Assembly (NCBI GenBank): GCA_017536365.1
Contig: JAFXHN010000057.1
Span: forward strand, 2,476 to 66,475
Direction of reading: 5' to 3'
Length of the DNA stretch: 64,000 nucleotides
From: Bacillota bacterium
GTDB lineage: Bacteria; Bacillota; Clostridia; Peptostreptococcales; Anaerovoracaceae
The translations under genes and the position numbers were made by a program. The notes below the pieces were generated by a model. It saw only the letters and a program-made list of their open reading frames with translations, ran no database searches and was not told where the DNA came from. Positions 13,903 to 26,558 of the stretch are shown piece after piece; positions within the stretch are counted from its first letter, which is position 1; each line of letters starts with the position of its first letter.

Positions 13903-14536
13903 ATGGGAATAACTTTTTCTTGTAATAGAAGTCTGCGGCATAAAGAGCTGCTGCCGGGTTATGGCACAGTACGCGATCCTTTGTTACCGCTGTGGTGCAA
14001 GGTGCTTCTGCATATTTATAAAACAGGCTGTCATGACCTACACACAGACCTACAACTACATTCAAATCGGTTTTTTCGCTGTTTAAGATTTTGGCCTGAA
14101 GGATCGGGTTGCAGGTATTTACTCCCAGAGTCTCGCATTCTTCCGGTATACCTACTTCGTGTTTAGGTATGCAGGCAGCTTTGCAGCCTATACCGTACAC
14201 TTCAAAACCATGGTGTCTAAAAACTTTTGCCAGAGTACGGGATTCGTTTATGAGCCCTATACATGTGGCGATACCCAGTTTTTTCGCACCGGTGCGTTTT
14301 GCAAATTCTACTATCTCTTCTATCCTGGAGAGTTTGCAGTATCCATCGTATTCAACGGTGGCAGCTGCCACCAGATACTTCTGGTTTTCTTCTAAAAGAG
14401 AAAGCTCTTTTGCTTCATTTATAAGTGAGGAATTTTCTTCATTGGTCGTAGGGCAGAAAGCAGGAAATGTGCTGTTCATTTTGCTGCAGTTGGTATTTCC
14501 GCAGTCTATGCATGATCTTTTTATATTTTCATCCAT
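13901..14536 (-). CDS. Cys-rich metal-binding protein, DUF1847-like
   Basis: Start taken at ATG 14536 (MDENIKRSCIDCGNTNC...) with AAGGAG 8 nt upstream. The longer ORF to 14629 would run into the tRNA and its terminator. Family assignment is from memory of the CxxC-rich N-terminus. Confidence 0.55.
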   Translation of the reverse strand: MDENIKRSCIDCGNTNCSKMNSTFPAFCPTTNEENSSLINEAKELSLLEENQKYLVAAATVEYDGYCKLSRIEEIVEFAKRTGAKKLGIATCIGLINESRTLAKVFRHHGFEVYGIGCKAACIPKHEVGIPEECETLGVNTCNPILQAKILNSEKTDLNVVVGLCVGHDSLFYKYAEAPCTTAVTKDRVLCHNPAAALYAADFYYKKKLFP

Positions 14537-14551
14537 AATAAACTCCTTTGT

Positions 14552-14582
14552 ACTAAAAAGAAAATGCTGCGGCAACCCGCAG
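14552..14582 (-). terminator. intrinsic terminator downstream of tRNA-Arg
   Basis: GCTGCGG-CAAC-CCGCAGC hairpin (14565-14582), followed on the minus strand by a T-rich run. Confidence 0.6.
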
Positions 14583-14594
14583 CACCTTTTGATT

Positions 14595-14670
14595 TGGCAC
14601 CCCAGAGATGATTCGAACATCCGACGCACGGTTTAGGAAACCGACGCTCTATCCCCTGAGCTACTGGGGC
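14595..14670 (-). tRNA. tRNA-Arg (anticodon CCU), CCA encoded
   Basis: The reverse complement GCCCCAGTAGCTCAGGGGATAGAGCGTCGGTTTCCTAAACCGTGCGTCGGATGTTCGAATCATCTCTGGGGTGCCA folds by hand as a cloverleaf. It has a 7-bp acceptor stem, a GCTC/GAGC D stem, anticodon loop TTCCTAA and T loop TTCGAAT. Confidence 0.88.
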
Positions 14671-14703
14671 AAATACATGACTATTCTAACATTTATTTTG
14701 TGG

Positions 14704-14732
14704 TTGTACAAGATTAAAATAAGTGTTATAAT
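14704..14732 (+). promoter_or_regulatory. sigma-A promoter for tadA
   Basis: TTGTAC (14704-14709), 17-nt spacer, extended -10 TGtTATAAT (14724-14732). Confidence 0.55.
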
Positions 14733-14754
14733 CATTGATTAAGGACGGCAGACG

Positions 14755-15219
14755 ATGAATAAAGAATTTTTTATGAAAGAAGCCTTGAAAGAAGCTGAAA
14801 AAGCCTATGAAATCAATGAAGTGCCGATCGGCGCGGTAGTGGTTAAAGACGGCGAGATAGTAGGCAGGGGTTTTAATAAAAGAGAATCGGAAAAAGATCC
14901 TACAGCTCATGCGGAAATGATCGCTATAAGAGAAGCCTCTCGGAATCTTGGTGGGTGGAGGCTGCATCAATGCGATATGTATGTGACCGTTGAACCCTGC
15001 CCGATGTGTGCGGGGGCTGTGATGCTGTCACGTATAAAGAATTTGTATATTGGAGTACAGGACTCGAAAGGCGGAGCCTGCGGGTCGGTTTTAAATATTC
15101 CTCAGAATGAAAAATTCAATCACTATGTAAATATGGAATTTGGTATTCTTGAGGAAGAATGTCGGGATATCCTGCAGAAATTCTTTGTAAAACTAAGAGA
15201 AATGAGGAAAGCAAAATGA
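14755..15219 (+). CDS. tadA: tRNA-specific adenosine deaminase
   Basis: 154 aa. CDA zinc motifs HAEMIAIREA and PCPMCAGA. Confidence 0.9.
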   Translation: MNKEFFMKEALKEAEKAYEINEVPIGAVVVKDGEIVGRGFNKRESEKDPTAHAEMIAIREASRNLGGWRLHQCDMYVTVEPCPMCAGAVMLSRIKNLYIGVQDSKGGACGSVLNIPQNEKFNHYVNMEFGILEEECRDILQKFFVKLREMRKAK

Positions 15220-15890
15220 AAAAAAGATTTTTAAGAATACTTGCGGCAGTGCTGTTGATGAGTTTATTGATGACACAGAGTGTATATGCGGGAGGCCTGA
15301 CTATCGAAAGTATTTATCCGGCAGACGGAGACACCGGGATGCAGACCACTAATCAGATGGCGCGTATAGTATTCAGCAGCGGTATTGATGCAGAAGCAAA
15401 TGCGGAGCATTTTAAGATCCTTGATTCTGAAGGAAAAGCGCAGGAAATATTAGTATTGGATCAGCCGGAAGAACCTGAAAGAGTGAATCTGGTGCTTGTT
15501 GACGATCTGGTGGACAGCACTGAATATACTATAGTTATAGACGGTGCCGTAACAGATATGGAAGGTAATCAGCTTGGAACTACAAGCAAAACTACTTTTA
15601 AAACCAGAAGTCTTAAAACAGACGGCATAGTAACAACGGTTATGATGGTAGTGATGATGGTAGCTATAGTAGTATTTACGATAAGAGACCAAGCTAAGAA
15701 AGCAAGAGAAGCTGAAGAAGCCGCTGCAAAGAAGAGCGGAAAGAAAAAGGAAGAAAAAGTAAATCCATATAAAGATGCCAAAAAAGAAGCTGAGAGGATC
15801 AGAGCTCAGAAACAGAAGGAAAAGGAAAGAAAAGTTCGTGAGCAGATGAGAAAGAACGAAGCTAAAGCAAAGGCAAAGAAAAAGAAATAG
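15216..15890 (+). CDS. type I membrane protein with an Ig-like (SbsA/Big_5-like) ectodomain and a Lys/Glu-rich cytoplasmic tail
   Basis: ATG 15216 overlaps the tadA stop (ATGA). Signal peptide MKKRFLRILAAVLLMSLLMTQSVYA, one TM (IVTTVMMVVMMVAIVVFTI), then about 65 aa of K/E/A-rich tail. Confidence 0.55.
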   Translation: MKKRFLRILAAVLLMSLLMTQSVYAGGLTIESIYPADGDTGMQTTNQMARIVFSSGIDAEANAEHFKILDSEGKAQEILVLDQPEEPERVNLVLVDDLVDSTEYTIVIDGAVTDMEGNQLGTTSKTTFKTRSLKTDGIVTTVMMVVMMVAIVVFTIRDQAKKAREAEEAAAKKSGKKKEEKVNPYKDAKKEAERIRAQKQKEKERKVREQMRKNEAKAKAKKKK

Positions 15891-15900
15891 TAAAAAATGA

Positions 15901-15935
15901 GAGCCGATATTTTGAATATCGGCTCTATGTTTTTA
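15901..15935. terminator. bidirectional intrinsic terminator
   Basis: GAGCCGATAT / ATATCGGCTC stem between an A-run and a T-run, between convergent genes. Confidence 0.75.
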
Positions 15936-16394
15936 ATAACCTTCATTAACGTTAGGTGAAACTGAACATTGATTTTTAAGACTTGAAAGGATGACGTTTG
16001 TTTGAGATCTTTTTATACCGGGATATGTCTTTATCCTGTTCATGAGCTTTTCCAAAGAAGCAGTGTTCTTTGTAACGATCTTAAGGCTTACGTCGTATTC
16101 GCCTGTTATGTAATGACATTCCAGGATCTCAGGTTCTCCTTTAATAAATTCGTAGAACTCCTCTACACCTCTTGACTGTTCCAGGCACAGGTTCATTAAA
16201 ACTGACAGCTCCTTACCCAGATATTGCGGATTAAGGATCACTGTGTATTTTTCGATGATATCCGTGCTTTCCAGCTTTTTTAGTCGCTCACTTACTGCGG
16301 ACAAGGACATATTTACTTTTTTGCTTATTTCAGAGATTGATATCCTTGAATTGTCTTGCAGCAGTTCCAAAATTTTAACGTCTGTTATATCCAT
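15933..16394 (-). CDS. Lrp/AsnC family transcriptional regulator
   Basis: 153 aa from ATG 16394 (MDITDVKILELLQDNSRISISEISKKVNMSLSAVSERLKKLE...). HTH plus RAM/ligand domain architecture. The longer ORF to 16688 overlaps the glnS start. Confidence 0.8.
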   Translation of the reverse strand: MDITDVKILELLQDNSRISISEISKKVNMSLSAVSERLKKLESTDIIEKYTVILNPQYLGKELSVLMNLCLEQSRGVEEFYEFIKGEPEILECHYITGEYDVSLKIVTKNTASLEKLMNRIKTYPGIKRSQTNVILSSLKNQCSVSPNVNEGY

Positions 16395-16602
16395 AAAACT
16401 TACCACCTTATATTTTTTTTGAAGTATACCATATTTTTTGTAATTTGTGTAGTTTTTTTGAAAAATATAATGGTTTGCAGAAAAAATTTTCCTTGCGGAA
16501 AGATAAAAGAATAAAAATCTTCGATAAAGATTTCTTCTATGCGTTATACAAAGACGGTATTTTATGTTATAATCGTATATTATTATTTTTAGGAGGTTTC
16601 CA

Positions 16603-18261
16603 ATGGCAGATTTGGAATTTTCAAACTTTATACACAATATTATAGATAAAGACCTGGCTGAAGGCAAAAACGGAGGAGAAGTATACACTCGATTCCCGCC
16701 TGAGCCAAACGGTTATTTGCATATAGGGCATGCTAAATCTATATGCCTGAACTTCACAACAGCTCAAAAATACAACGGAAAATGCAATCTCAGATTTGAC
16801 GATACAAACCCGGTAAAAGAGGACACTGAGTATGTAGATTCTATTCAGGAAGACGTAAAATGGTTAGGCTTTGAATGGGACAAACTCCTGTTTGCTTCAG
16901 AATATTTCGATATCATGTATGAATGCGCTGTAAAGCTTATAAAAGAAGGAAAAGCATATGTATGCGATCTTTCTGCGGAAGAGATAAGAGAATACAGAGG
17001 CACTCTCAAAGAACCGGGAAAAGAAAGTCCTTACAGAAACAGAACTGTAGAAGAAAATCTCGATCTCTTTGAAAGAATGAAGAATGGGGAATTCCCTAAC
17101 GGTTCAAAGATATTGAGAGCAAAAATAGATATGGCATCTCCGAACATCAATATGAGAGACCCTGCGCTGTACAGGATCGCCCATGCGGAACATCATAAGA
17201 CTGGAAACAAGTGGTGCATTTATCCAATGTACGACTTTGCACATCCGCTGGAAGATGCGATAGAAGGAATAACTCATTCAATTTGTACTTTGGAATTTGA
17301 AGATCACAGACCTCTTTATGACTGGGTGATCAAAGAAACAGGATGGGAAAATCCTCCTCAGCAGATAGAGTTTGCAAGACTGAACCTCACAAATACGCTC
17401 ATGAGCAAGAGATATCTCAAGGCTCTTGTCGATAACGGAGAAGTGACAGGATGGGACGACCCAAGAATGCCGACTATCGCAGGTATCCGAAGAAGAGGAT
17501 ATACTCCTGAAGCTGTAAGAGATTTTTGTGAACGCATAGGAGTTGCAAAGGCTAACAGTACAGTTGAGATGGCAATGCTTGAGCACTGTGTAAGAGAAGA
17601 CCTTAAAGAAAAGACTGTTTCAAAGATGGTAGTAATGGATCCTATCAAAGTTACTGTAAGAAACTATCCTGAAGGTCAGACAGAGTATGTTGAGATAGAA
17701 AACAGTAAAAATCCTGATCACGGTTCAAGAATGGTGCCGTTCTCCAGAAATCTTTATGTTGACAGAACAGACTTTATGGAAGTTCCTGTAAAAGGATATT
17801 TCAGATTGTTCCCGGGAAACGAAGTAAGATTCAAGGGAGCGTATTTCCTCGTATGTGAAGAAGTGATCAAAGATGAAAGCGGAAAAGTTGTAGAGCTTAT
17901 CTGCACATATGATCCAGAAACAAAGTGCGGCGGAACATTCTCGGGAAGAAAAGTAAAAGGCACTATCCACTGGGTAGATGCTGAAACAGCAGTTCCAATT
18001 ACAGTGAATGCATACGATTATCTTTTGATGGCTGACGAAAACGGAAAACTTCTTGAAGATGAAAACGGAAGACCTGTAGTTAATCCGGAGTCTCTGGTAG
18101 TATATCATGCATTTGCGGAACCGTCCGTTCTTGAAATGCCGGAAGATGAAAGATGTCAGTTCTTCAGACACGGATACTATATTAAAGATACAAAACTGAG
18201 CACAGAAAATGCTCCTGTATATACAAGGATCGTTGACCTTAAGAGCTCATGGAAAAAATAA
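16603..18261 (+). CDS. glnS: glutaminyl-tRNA synthetase
   Basis: 552 aa. Class I motifs HIGHAKS and LMSKR, with GlnRS-like length and C-terminal anticodon-binding domain. Confidence 0.88.
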   Translation: MADLEFSNFIHNIIDKDLAEGKNGGEVYTRFPPEPNGYLHIGHAKSICLNFTTAQKYNGKCNLRFDDTNPVKEDTEYVDSIQEDVKWLGFEWDKLLFASEYFDIMYECAVKLIKEGKAYVCDLSAEEIREYRGTLKEPGKESPYRNRTVEENLDLFERMKNGEFPNGSKILRAKIDMASPNINMRDPALYRIAHAEHHKTGNKWCIYPMYDFAHPLEDAIEGITHSICTLEFEDHRPLYDWVIKETGWENPPQQIEFARLNLTNTLMSKRYLKALVDNGEVTGWDDPRMPTIAGIRRRGYTPEAVRDFCERIGVAKANSTVEMAMLEHCVREDLKEKTVSKMVVMDPIKVTVRNYPEGQTEYVEIENSKNPDHGSRMVPFSRNLYVDRTDFMEVPVKGYFRLFPGNEVRFKGAYFLVCEEVIKDESGKVVELICTYDPETKCGGTFSGRKVKGTIHWVDAETAVPITVNAYDYLLMADENGKLLEDENGRPVVNPESLVVYHAFAEPSVLEMPEDERCQFFRHGYYIKDTKLSTENAPVYTRIVDLKSSWKK

Positions 18262-18282
18262 AAAAACCGGAAGGCAGCAGTT

Positions 18283-19065
18283 GTGATTAAAAATGTTTTG
18301 ATGACAATTGAATATGACGGAACAGGATTCTCCGGCTGGCAGGTACAGCCGGAGAGCCGTACTGTTCAGGGAGAAATACAGAAAGCCTTAAAGAAGATCT
18401 GCGGGCAGGATATAAAGATAGACGGCACCAGCAGGACTGACGCAGGCGTTCATGCTTTAGGTCAGAGAGCTTCTTTTAAAGCGGATTTCGGGATCCCTGT
18501 AGAAAAACTGGCATTTGTGATGAACAATATGCTTCCGGGCGATATCAAGATCATAGAGGCAAAAGAAATGCCTTTGGATCATCATGCCCGTTTTGATGCA
18601 AAAGGAAAAGAATACATATATAAGATAATGAATTGCGCTGAAAAGGATGTGTTTAAGCGTAATTTTTATTATTTCTTCGACAAACCTCTTGATGTGGATA
18701 AAATGAGAGAAGCGGCAGGCTGTCTTGTAGGGACCCATGACTTTGCTTCCTTTATGGCAATGGGCAGCACACCTCAGGAAACTACGGTAAGAACGATCTA
18801 TTCATATGATGTGACAGCAGAGACTAACGAAAGCGGTTCTAAAGAGATAAGTCTTATCGTAAAGGGTGATGGTTTTTTATATAATATGGTAAGGATCATG
18901 ACCGGAACCTTAATTGAAGCGGGGACAGGAAAAATAAGACCGGAAGAAATCGCCGATATTATTTTGGCGAAAGACAGAAGCCGGGCAGGAAGGACCGCTC
19001 CGCCTCAGGGTCTTTATTTGGGAGAGATATACTATAATGCAGAGGAATTGGAAAGAAGGGGATAA
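18283..19065 (+). CDS. truA: tRNA pseudouridine(38-40) synthase
   Basis: 260 aa (GTG start). Motifs YDGTGFSGWQVQ and RTDAGVHA. Confidence 0.88.
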   Translation: MIKNVLMTIEYDGTGFSGWQVQPESRTVQGEIQKALKKICGQDIKIDGTSRTDAGVHALGQRASFKADFGIPVEKLAFVMNNMLPGDIKIIEAKEMPLDHHARFDAKGKEYIYKIMNCAEKDVFKRNFYYFFDKPLDVDKMREAAGCLVGTHDFASFMAMGSTPQETTVRTIYSYDVTAETNESGSKEISLIVKGDGFLYNMVRIMTGTLIEAGTGKIRPEEIADIILAKDRSRAGRTAPPQGLYLGEIYYNAEELERRG

Positions 19066-19068
19066 GAT

Positions 19069-19488
19069 ATGGAAAACAGTTTAAAGAGAGAACCGGTTGA
19101 AAAGCTCAGGATCGGAGCTTTGTGTTCGGATTGCACAGATCCTACGGCGAAGGTGATGACATCTTATGTTTTTGATTTAGAAAATATCATAAATTTAGGG
19201 ATGTTTGAAAAAGCACAGATATCTGCCGAGGTTCTTGTAGAACAGGGAAAAGACCCTGATGAAATAGGAAAAAACACAGTTTTTCCTGCAGCAGAGGAAA
19301 GGCTGAGGCTATATAAAGACAAAGAGATCGATAAAATAGACCTTTTGAAGTCCCTTCAGGCTGCGGATACAGCTGTGAAAGTGCTGAGAAAAGAAGCTCC
19401 TGACGAGGGAGAAAACAGCAGATGGAAAGAATGGGACAGTTTTCTTAAGAAAACGATTTCGGAATACTATGGTTTTGTATTGCCATAA
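19069..19488 (+). CDS. hypothetical protein
   Basis: 139-aa ORF tightly packed between truA and the deaminase gene. No family recognised. Confidence 0.45.
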   Translation: MENSLKREPVEKLRIGALCSDCTDPTAKVMTSYVFDLENIINLGMFEKAQISAEVLVEQGKDPDEIGKNTVFPAAEERLRLYKDKEIDKIDLLKSLQAADTAVKVLRKEAPDEGENSRWKEWDSFLKKTISEYYGFVLP

Positions 19489-19541
19489 GGATATGTTTAG
19501 GAGTAAAATATAATATTATAATGATTTACGGAGGATGAAAT

Positions 19542-19979
19542 ATGAGACCTGACTGGGATCAGTATTTTCTGGAGATTGCCCATGTTGTAAAGACGCGTTC
19601 CACCTGCATAAGAAGACAGGTGGGAGCTGTAATAGTTAAAGATCGCAGGATAATAGCTACGGGATATAACGGAGCTGCCAGCGGAGCGCCGCATTGTGAA
19701 CAAGTAGGCTGTCTTAGGGAAAAACTTGGAATAAGATCCGGAGAACGACACGAGCTTTGTGTCGCTATACATGCGGAACAGAATGCCATAGTTCAAGCTG
19801 CAAAGTACGGTACATCCATAGAGGGAGCTACACTGTACTGCACTCATCAGCCTTGTGCCATTTGCGCCAAAATGCTTGTAAATGCAGGTATAAAAAGGAT
19901 AGTTTTCAACGGGACCTATCCTGATCAGTTTGCAGAAAAGATTTTGAAGGAAGGAAATATAGAAATATGCGAAATCTGA
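19542..19979 (+). CDS. comEB: dCMP deaminase (ComEB family)
   Basis: 145 aa. Motifs HAEQNAI and PCAICAK. N-terminal WDQYFLEIA is typical of dCMP deaminases. Confidence 0.85.
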   Translation: MRPDWDQYFLEIAHVVKTRSTCIRRQVGAVIVKDRRIIATGYNGAASGAPHCEQVGCLREKLGIRSGERHELCVAIHAEQNAIVQAAKYGTSIEGATLYCTHQPCAICAKMLVNAGIKRIVFNGTYPDQFAEKILKEGNIEICEI

Positions 19980-22156
19980 TAGTAGTGCTTGTCATTGCTT
20001 TTGTGGTTTCCTGGATAATGACCCCGATATGTATAAAGCTGGCGCCAAAAGTCGGAGCTATAGATATCCCAAAAGATGACAGAAGGATGCATACAAAGCC
20101 TATACCGAGGTTCGGAGGACTGGCGATGTATCTGGGAACGGTCACTGCTATATTACTGGCTGTTCCGTTAAATGAAAAAATAATAGGTATACTTGCGGGA
20201 GGCACGCTGATTTTCCTTGTGGGTATATATGACGACATAAAGAATATGTCTGCAAAGGTCAAGCTGCTGTGTCAGATAGCGGCAGCGCTTATAGTGTTTG
20301 CCACCGGAACGAAGATAGCATTTATCCAGAATCCTTTTGCTGAAGGAGTAAATTACTTTTTCCTGTCGCCTGTTATGATGGGAATAATAACAGTGATATG
20401 GATAGTAGGGATCACGAATGCTATAAATCTTATTGATGGCTTGGACGGCCTTGCTGCAGGAACTGCTCTGATAGCATCGATGTGCATGGCTTACGGAGCG
20501 TATTTGAGCGGGAATTTGGGAACCGCGATCCTGATGCTGGCTCTTGCGGGAGCGACGCTGGGATTTCTGCCTTTTAATTTCAATCCTGCAAAGATCTTTA
20601 TGGGGGATGCAGGCTCGCTGTTCTTAGGATTTATGCTGGCCAGCATATCCATAGAAACTTTAAAAGGAACTACACTTATAGTAACACTGGTGCCGTTGAT
20701 CGCTCTTGGTCTGCCTATATTCGATACTGCGTTTGCTATAATCAGAAGAGCGGTAAATGGAAGACCTATAATGGAAGCTGATAAAGGACATCTGCATCAC
20801 AGGATAATGGCTAGAGGAATGGGCCAGAAGAGGACGGCTATAATCCTTTATGCTATAAGCGGTGTACTGGGGATCTGTGCAGTGCAGTTCGGCCAGGGAA
20901 ATAAAACCGATGCATTTTTCCTCATGATAGTGGCGGCGGCGATGATATATGTATTTGCCCGTCCTGTACCGGACGGAAGGTCTCAAGAGGAGATAAAGAT
21001 GGAAGAAGTATTGGGAACAGTGGAAGAAAAAGCTGAAGGAAAGATTAGAGTCATGTCTGTTTTCGGGACAAGACCGGAAGCCATCAAAATGGCTCCTTTG
21101 GTAAAAACTCTCGAAGCGGATGAAAAAATAGAATCTGTGCTTTGTGTGACGGCGCAGCACAGAGAAATGCTGGATCAGGTGCTGGATCTTTTCGAACTGA
21201 CACCGAAATATGATTTGAATATCATGAAACCTAATCAGACGCTGAGCATGATAACAGCCAACGTGATCAACGGATTGGACAAGATCGTGGATGCGGAAAA
21301 ACCGGACGTTATCCTTGTCCACGGAGATACTACAACAACTTTTGCGGCATCTCTGTCAGCATTTTATCACAAGACCAAAATAGGTCATGTTGAAGCGGGA
21401 TTAAGGACCAATGATAAGTATTCTCCTTATCCGGAAGAAATGAATCGTGTTATGACGGGTCATATGGCAGACTTCCATTTCGCACCGACAGAAAATAACA
21501 AGAAAAATCTGCTTAGGGAAGGTATTTCTGAAGACAGCATATATATCACAGGCAACACAGTTATAGATGCGCTTCTTGAAGTGGCGGGAAGAGAATATGT
21601 ATTTGAAGAAGAAACTTTAAAGAATATAGATTTTGAAGGAAGGCGAGTCATAACCGTTACCTGTCACAGAAGAGAAAATCTTGGAGAAAATATGGTAAAC
21701 ATCTTCAGCGCTATCAGAGATATAGCTCTGAAATATGATGATGTCGAGATCATTTATCCGGTGCATCTTAACCCTGCGGTAAGAAAGACGGCAAACGAGA
21801 TCCTTGACGGGGTAGAGAGAGTGCATCTCATAGAACCTCTTCAGTATCAGCCGTTTGTTAACCTTATGGCGAGATCATATTTTATCTTAACAGATTCCGG
21901 CGGTATGCAGGAAGAAGCTCCGGCTCTCGGCAAGCCTGTTCTGGTGGTAAGAAAGGAAACGGAAAGACCTGAGGCAATAGCTGCGGGAACAGCAAAACTT
22001 GCAGGCGTAAACAGAGATGATATATTCGGAATGGCCTGTGAACTTTTGGACAGCAAAGAGGCTTATGAAAAAATGTCAAAAGCAGTAAATCCTTATGGAG
22101 ACGGAACAGCTTCCGCACAGATAGCTGCCGCACTGAAGGGATATTTCGGGATATAA
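19967..22156 (+). CDS. fusion protein: MraY/WecA-family UDP-GlcNAc:undecaprenyl-P GlcNAc-1-P transferase (TagO-like) plus UDP-GlcNAc 2-epimerase (MnaA/WecB-like)
   Basis: Single 729-aa ORF. Residues 1 to about 335 are polytopic membrane with [13 protein letters not shown]. From about residue 363 it reads [22 protein letters not shown] and [11 protein letters not shown] (non-hydrolysing epimerase). Confidence 0.85.
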   Translation: MRNLIVVLVIAFVVSWIMTPICIKLAPKVGAIDIPKDDRRMHTKPIPRFGGLAMYLGTVTAILLAVPLNEKIIGILAGGTLIFLVGIYDDIKNMSAKVKLLCQIAAALIVFATGTKIAFIQNPFAEGVNYFFLSPVMMGIITVIWIVGITNAINLIDGLDGLAAGTALIASMCMAYGAYLSGNLGTAILMLALAGATLGFLPFNFNPAKIFMGDAGSLFLGFMLASISIETLKGTTLIVTLVPLIALGLPIFDTAFAIIRRAVNGRPIMEADKGHLHHRIMARGMGQKRTAIILYAISGVLGICAVQFGQGNKTDAFFLMIVAAAMIYVFARPVPDGRSQEEIKMEEVLGTVEEKAEGKIRVMSVFGTRPEAIKMAPLVKTLEADEKIESVLCVTAQHREMLDQVLDLFELTPKYDLNIMKPNQTLSMITANVINGLDKIVDAEKPDVILVHGDTTTTFAASLSAFYHKTKIGHVEAGLRTNDKYSPYPEEMNRVMTGHMADFHFAPTENNKKNLLREGISEDSIYITGNTVIDALLEVAGREYVFEEETLKNIDFEGRRVITVTCHRRENLGENMVNIFSAIRDIALKYDDVEIIYPVHLNPAVRKTANEILDGVERVHLIEPLQYQPFVNLMARSYFILTDSGGMQEEAPALGKPVLVVRKETERPEAIAAGTAKLAGVNRDDIFGMACELLDSKEAYEKMSKAVNPYGDGTASAQIAAALKGYFGI

Positions 22157-22327
22157 AATCGTTGGGAACGGCATAGAATTTTTTTAATAGAGATGTGCCG
22201 CAGCTCTTAAAAATTTCATTACATGAGAAAAAAGAAGAAAACAATAGAACGTTCATAAAAAACTGAAATTTGACTTTTTCCGTATACAAAAAATATGTAA
22301 ATATTGCTGTTAATATGGGAAATAAAT

Positions 22328-22356
22328 TTGTACAATGTAGAAAATTGTGCTAAAAT
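22328..22356 (+). promoter_or_regulatory. sigma-A promoter of the atp operon
   Basis: TTGTAC (22328-22333), 17-nt spacer, TGcTAAAAT (22348-22356). Confidence 0.5.
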
Positions 22357-22386
22357 AACAGGTAGCGCAGAAACGAGGTTGGTCGT

Positions 22387-22614
22387 ATGAAAGCAAAGGA
22401 CAGAATGGGGATCGCCAGAGCTTTTGCAATGGTTTCTCAGATCGGCATCACCATGATAGTGTGTGTTTTCGGGGGTGTTTGGATCGGAAACTGGCTGGAC
22501 GAAAAGCTGGGCACACCGGGAATATGCCTGATAGTATGTATTTTCATTGGCATAATAGCCGGATTTATGAATGTTTATAAATTACTTACAAAGGGAATGG
22601 GTAAGAAAAAATGA
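22387..22614 (+). CDS. atpZ: AtpZ/AtpI-family small membrane protein
   Basis: 75 aa, two TM helices, motif GGVWIGNWLDEKLGT. First gene of the atp operon. Confidence 0.7.
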   Translation: MKAKDRMGIARAFAMVSQIGITMIVCVFGGVWIGNWLDEKLGTPGICLIVCIFIGIIAGFMNVYKLLTKGMGKKK

Positions 22615-23024
22615 ATGGTTTGTCTGCAGATTTAAGAAAAACAATTAGCATTGCATCTATCATAATAGCAGTGATAATGTGCGTCATCTGTCTTATTTTT
22701 GTAAATTCATGGCAGACAATGGTATTAGGGATCCTGTATGGAACCTTGATCGCCATCATTAATTTCACTATTATGGCAAAAGCCGGCGAAAAAGCTATAG
22801 AAATGACGCCGGAAAAGGCAAAGACCAAAATGACACTTAACTATGTGCTCAGGTACGGAATATACATCGTCACACTGATCATTGCTGTTAAAGTGTCTTT
22901 TCTGAGCCCTATAGGAACTGTTTTAGGGTTCTTCACATCAATTTTGGCTCTCTACTTAACACAAGTTTTAGATACACCGGGGAATAGAGATAAACTAAAA
23001 AAACTTTTAAGAAGGGCAAAATAA
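22611..23024 (+). CDS. atpI: ATP synthase subunit I
   Basis: 137 aa, four predicted TM helices. ATGA overlap with atpZ. Position before atpB. Confidence 0.6.
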   Translation: MNGLSADLRKTISIASIIIAVIMCVICLIFVNSWQTMVLGILYGTLIAIINFTIMAKAGEKAIEMTPEKAKTKMTLNYVLRYGIYIVTLIIAVKVSFLSPIGTVLGFFTSILALYLTQVLDTPGNRDKLKKLLRRAK

Positions 23025-23068
23025 CAGGATGGCTAGTTTGAGTGACATTCTGAGAAAGGAGGACGTTA

Positions 23069-25112
<2,044 letters not shown>

Positions 25113-25151
25113 TAAAAATACTTATTATGTAGTTAATTAAGGAGGACATAA

Positions 25152-25421
<270 letters not shown>

Positions 25422-25494
25422 GATCTGCTTATAGGACGAAAATTTATAAGATAAAGCAGAAAAATAGCAAGCATAAGAAAGGAGGACCTTGCAA

Positions 25495-26007
25495 ATGGAA
25501 GTATATACTGGTCTTGTAAGCTTCGGTTGGCCTTGGTTTTTCCAGATAGCTAATACTTTGATCTTAGTTGCTCTTCTTGCTAAATTCTTGTTCAAACCAG
25601 TTAACAAGATGCTTGAAAAACGTAAGAACACAATCGCTAACGATTTATCAACAGCAGAAAACCAGAGAGTTGAAGCTGAAGCGTTAAGAGCTGACTACGA
25701 AAAGAAGATCAAAGAAATCAGAATCGAAGCAGATGCTATTCTCAAAGAAGCTAGAAACAAAGCTGATGAGAGAGCTAAAGAAATCATTCAGGAAGCCAGA
25801 GATAAATCAGATGATATAATCGAAAAAGCACAGGTTGAGATCGAAAGAAATCAGCGTAACGCTTATAACGAACTTAAAGATGAAGTGGCTGCAATGGCTA
25901 TTATGGCTGCTGAAAAAATCATCGGTGAAAAAATGGACGATGAACTTAATGAAAAACTCGTTGTTAAGTTTATTGAAGAGGCGGGGGATGTTAAATGGCA
26001 GAACTAA
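25495..26007 (+). CDS. atpF: F0 ATP synthase subunit b
   Basis: One N-terminal TM helix then a long charged helix. ATG 25495 is preceded by AAGGAGGA. Confidence 0.85.
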   Translation: MEVYTGLVSFGWPWFFQIANTLILVALLAKFLFKPVNKMLEKRKNTIANDLSTAENQRVEAEALRADYEKKIKEIRIEADAILKEARNKADERAKEIIQEARDKSDDIIEKAQVEIERNQRNAYNELKDEVAAMAIMAAEKIIGEKMDDELNEKLVVKFIEEAGDVKWQN

Positions 26008-26537
26008 CCGCAAGAATTTACGGAGAATCTTTATTGGATGTCAGTGAAGAATTAGGTGTAACAAATGCTATTCAGACAGAGCTTGCAGAACTTAAAGTTC
26101 TTTTTGAAGAAAATCCTGATTTTTACGCATTCTACACATCTCCAAAAGTCTCAAAGGACGTTAAAAAAGAAGTTTTCAAATCAGTCTTTGATCAGAAACT
26201 TTCACCGGTAGTACTTAACTTCTTAAATGTACTTATTGATAAGAGAAGAACAAACGAGTGTTTTGAAATTATCAGAATGTTCGACTCTCTTGTAAATGAA
26301 AAGAACGGTATCGTTGAAGGTATTGCAAGAGTTGCAAAACCTTTATCTGAAGAAACTGTTTCTAAGCTTGAAAAGAAGCTTTGCGAAGTTACCGGTAAAA
26401 ATATCAAGCTGAAAATCTTAGTTGATCCTGCAGTGGTAGGCGGACTTAAACTTAAAGTTGGTGACAGTGTAATAGACACATCAGTTGCTACTCAGCTTAG
26501 AGAAATGAAATCTTCAATAGATAATATTATGATCTAA
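25995..26537 (+). CDS. atpH: F1 ATP synthase subunit delta (OSCP)
   Basis: 180 aa. Position between b and alpha. OSCP-like C-terminus VDPAVVGGLKLKVGD. Confidence 0.85.
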   Translation: MAELTARIYGESLLDVSEELGVTNAIQTELAELKVLFEENPDFYAFYTSPKVSKDVKKEVFKSVFDQKLSPVVLNFLNVLIDKRRTNECFEIIRMFDSLVNEKNGIVEGIARVAKPLSEETVSKLEKKLCEVTGKNIKLKILVDPAVVGGLKLKVGDSVIDTSVATQLREMKSSIDNIMI

Positions 26538-26558
26538 ACAGAATAGAGGTGATTTACA

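Noticed and set aside
13901-14629. Long N-terminal extensions offered by the ORF track: 13901-14629, 15933-16688, 15159-15890, 38702-39529, 10032-11405 and 42429-42929.
   Set aside because: The extensions overlap a tRNA and its terminator, a neighbouring gene or a promoter region. Internal starts with good SD sequences give family-typical N-termini.
14595-15219. Functional link between tadA and the divergently placed tRNA-Arg gene.
   Set aside because: TadA edits A34 of tRNA-Arg(ACG). This tRNA has anticodon CCU with no A34, so the adjacency is most likely coincidental.
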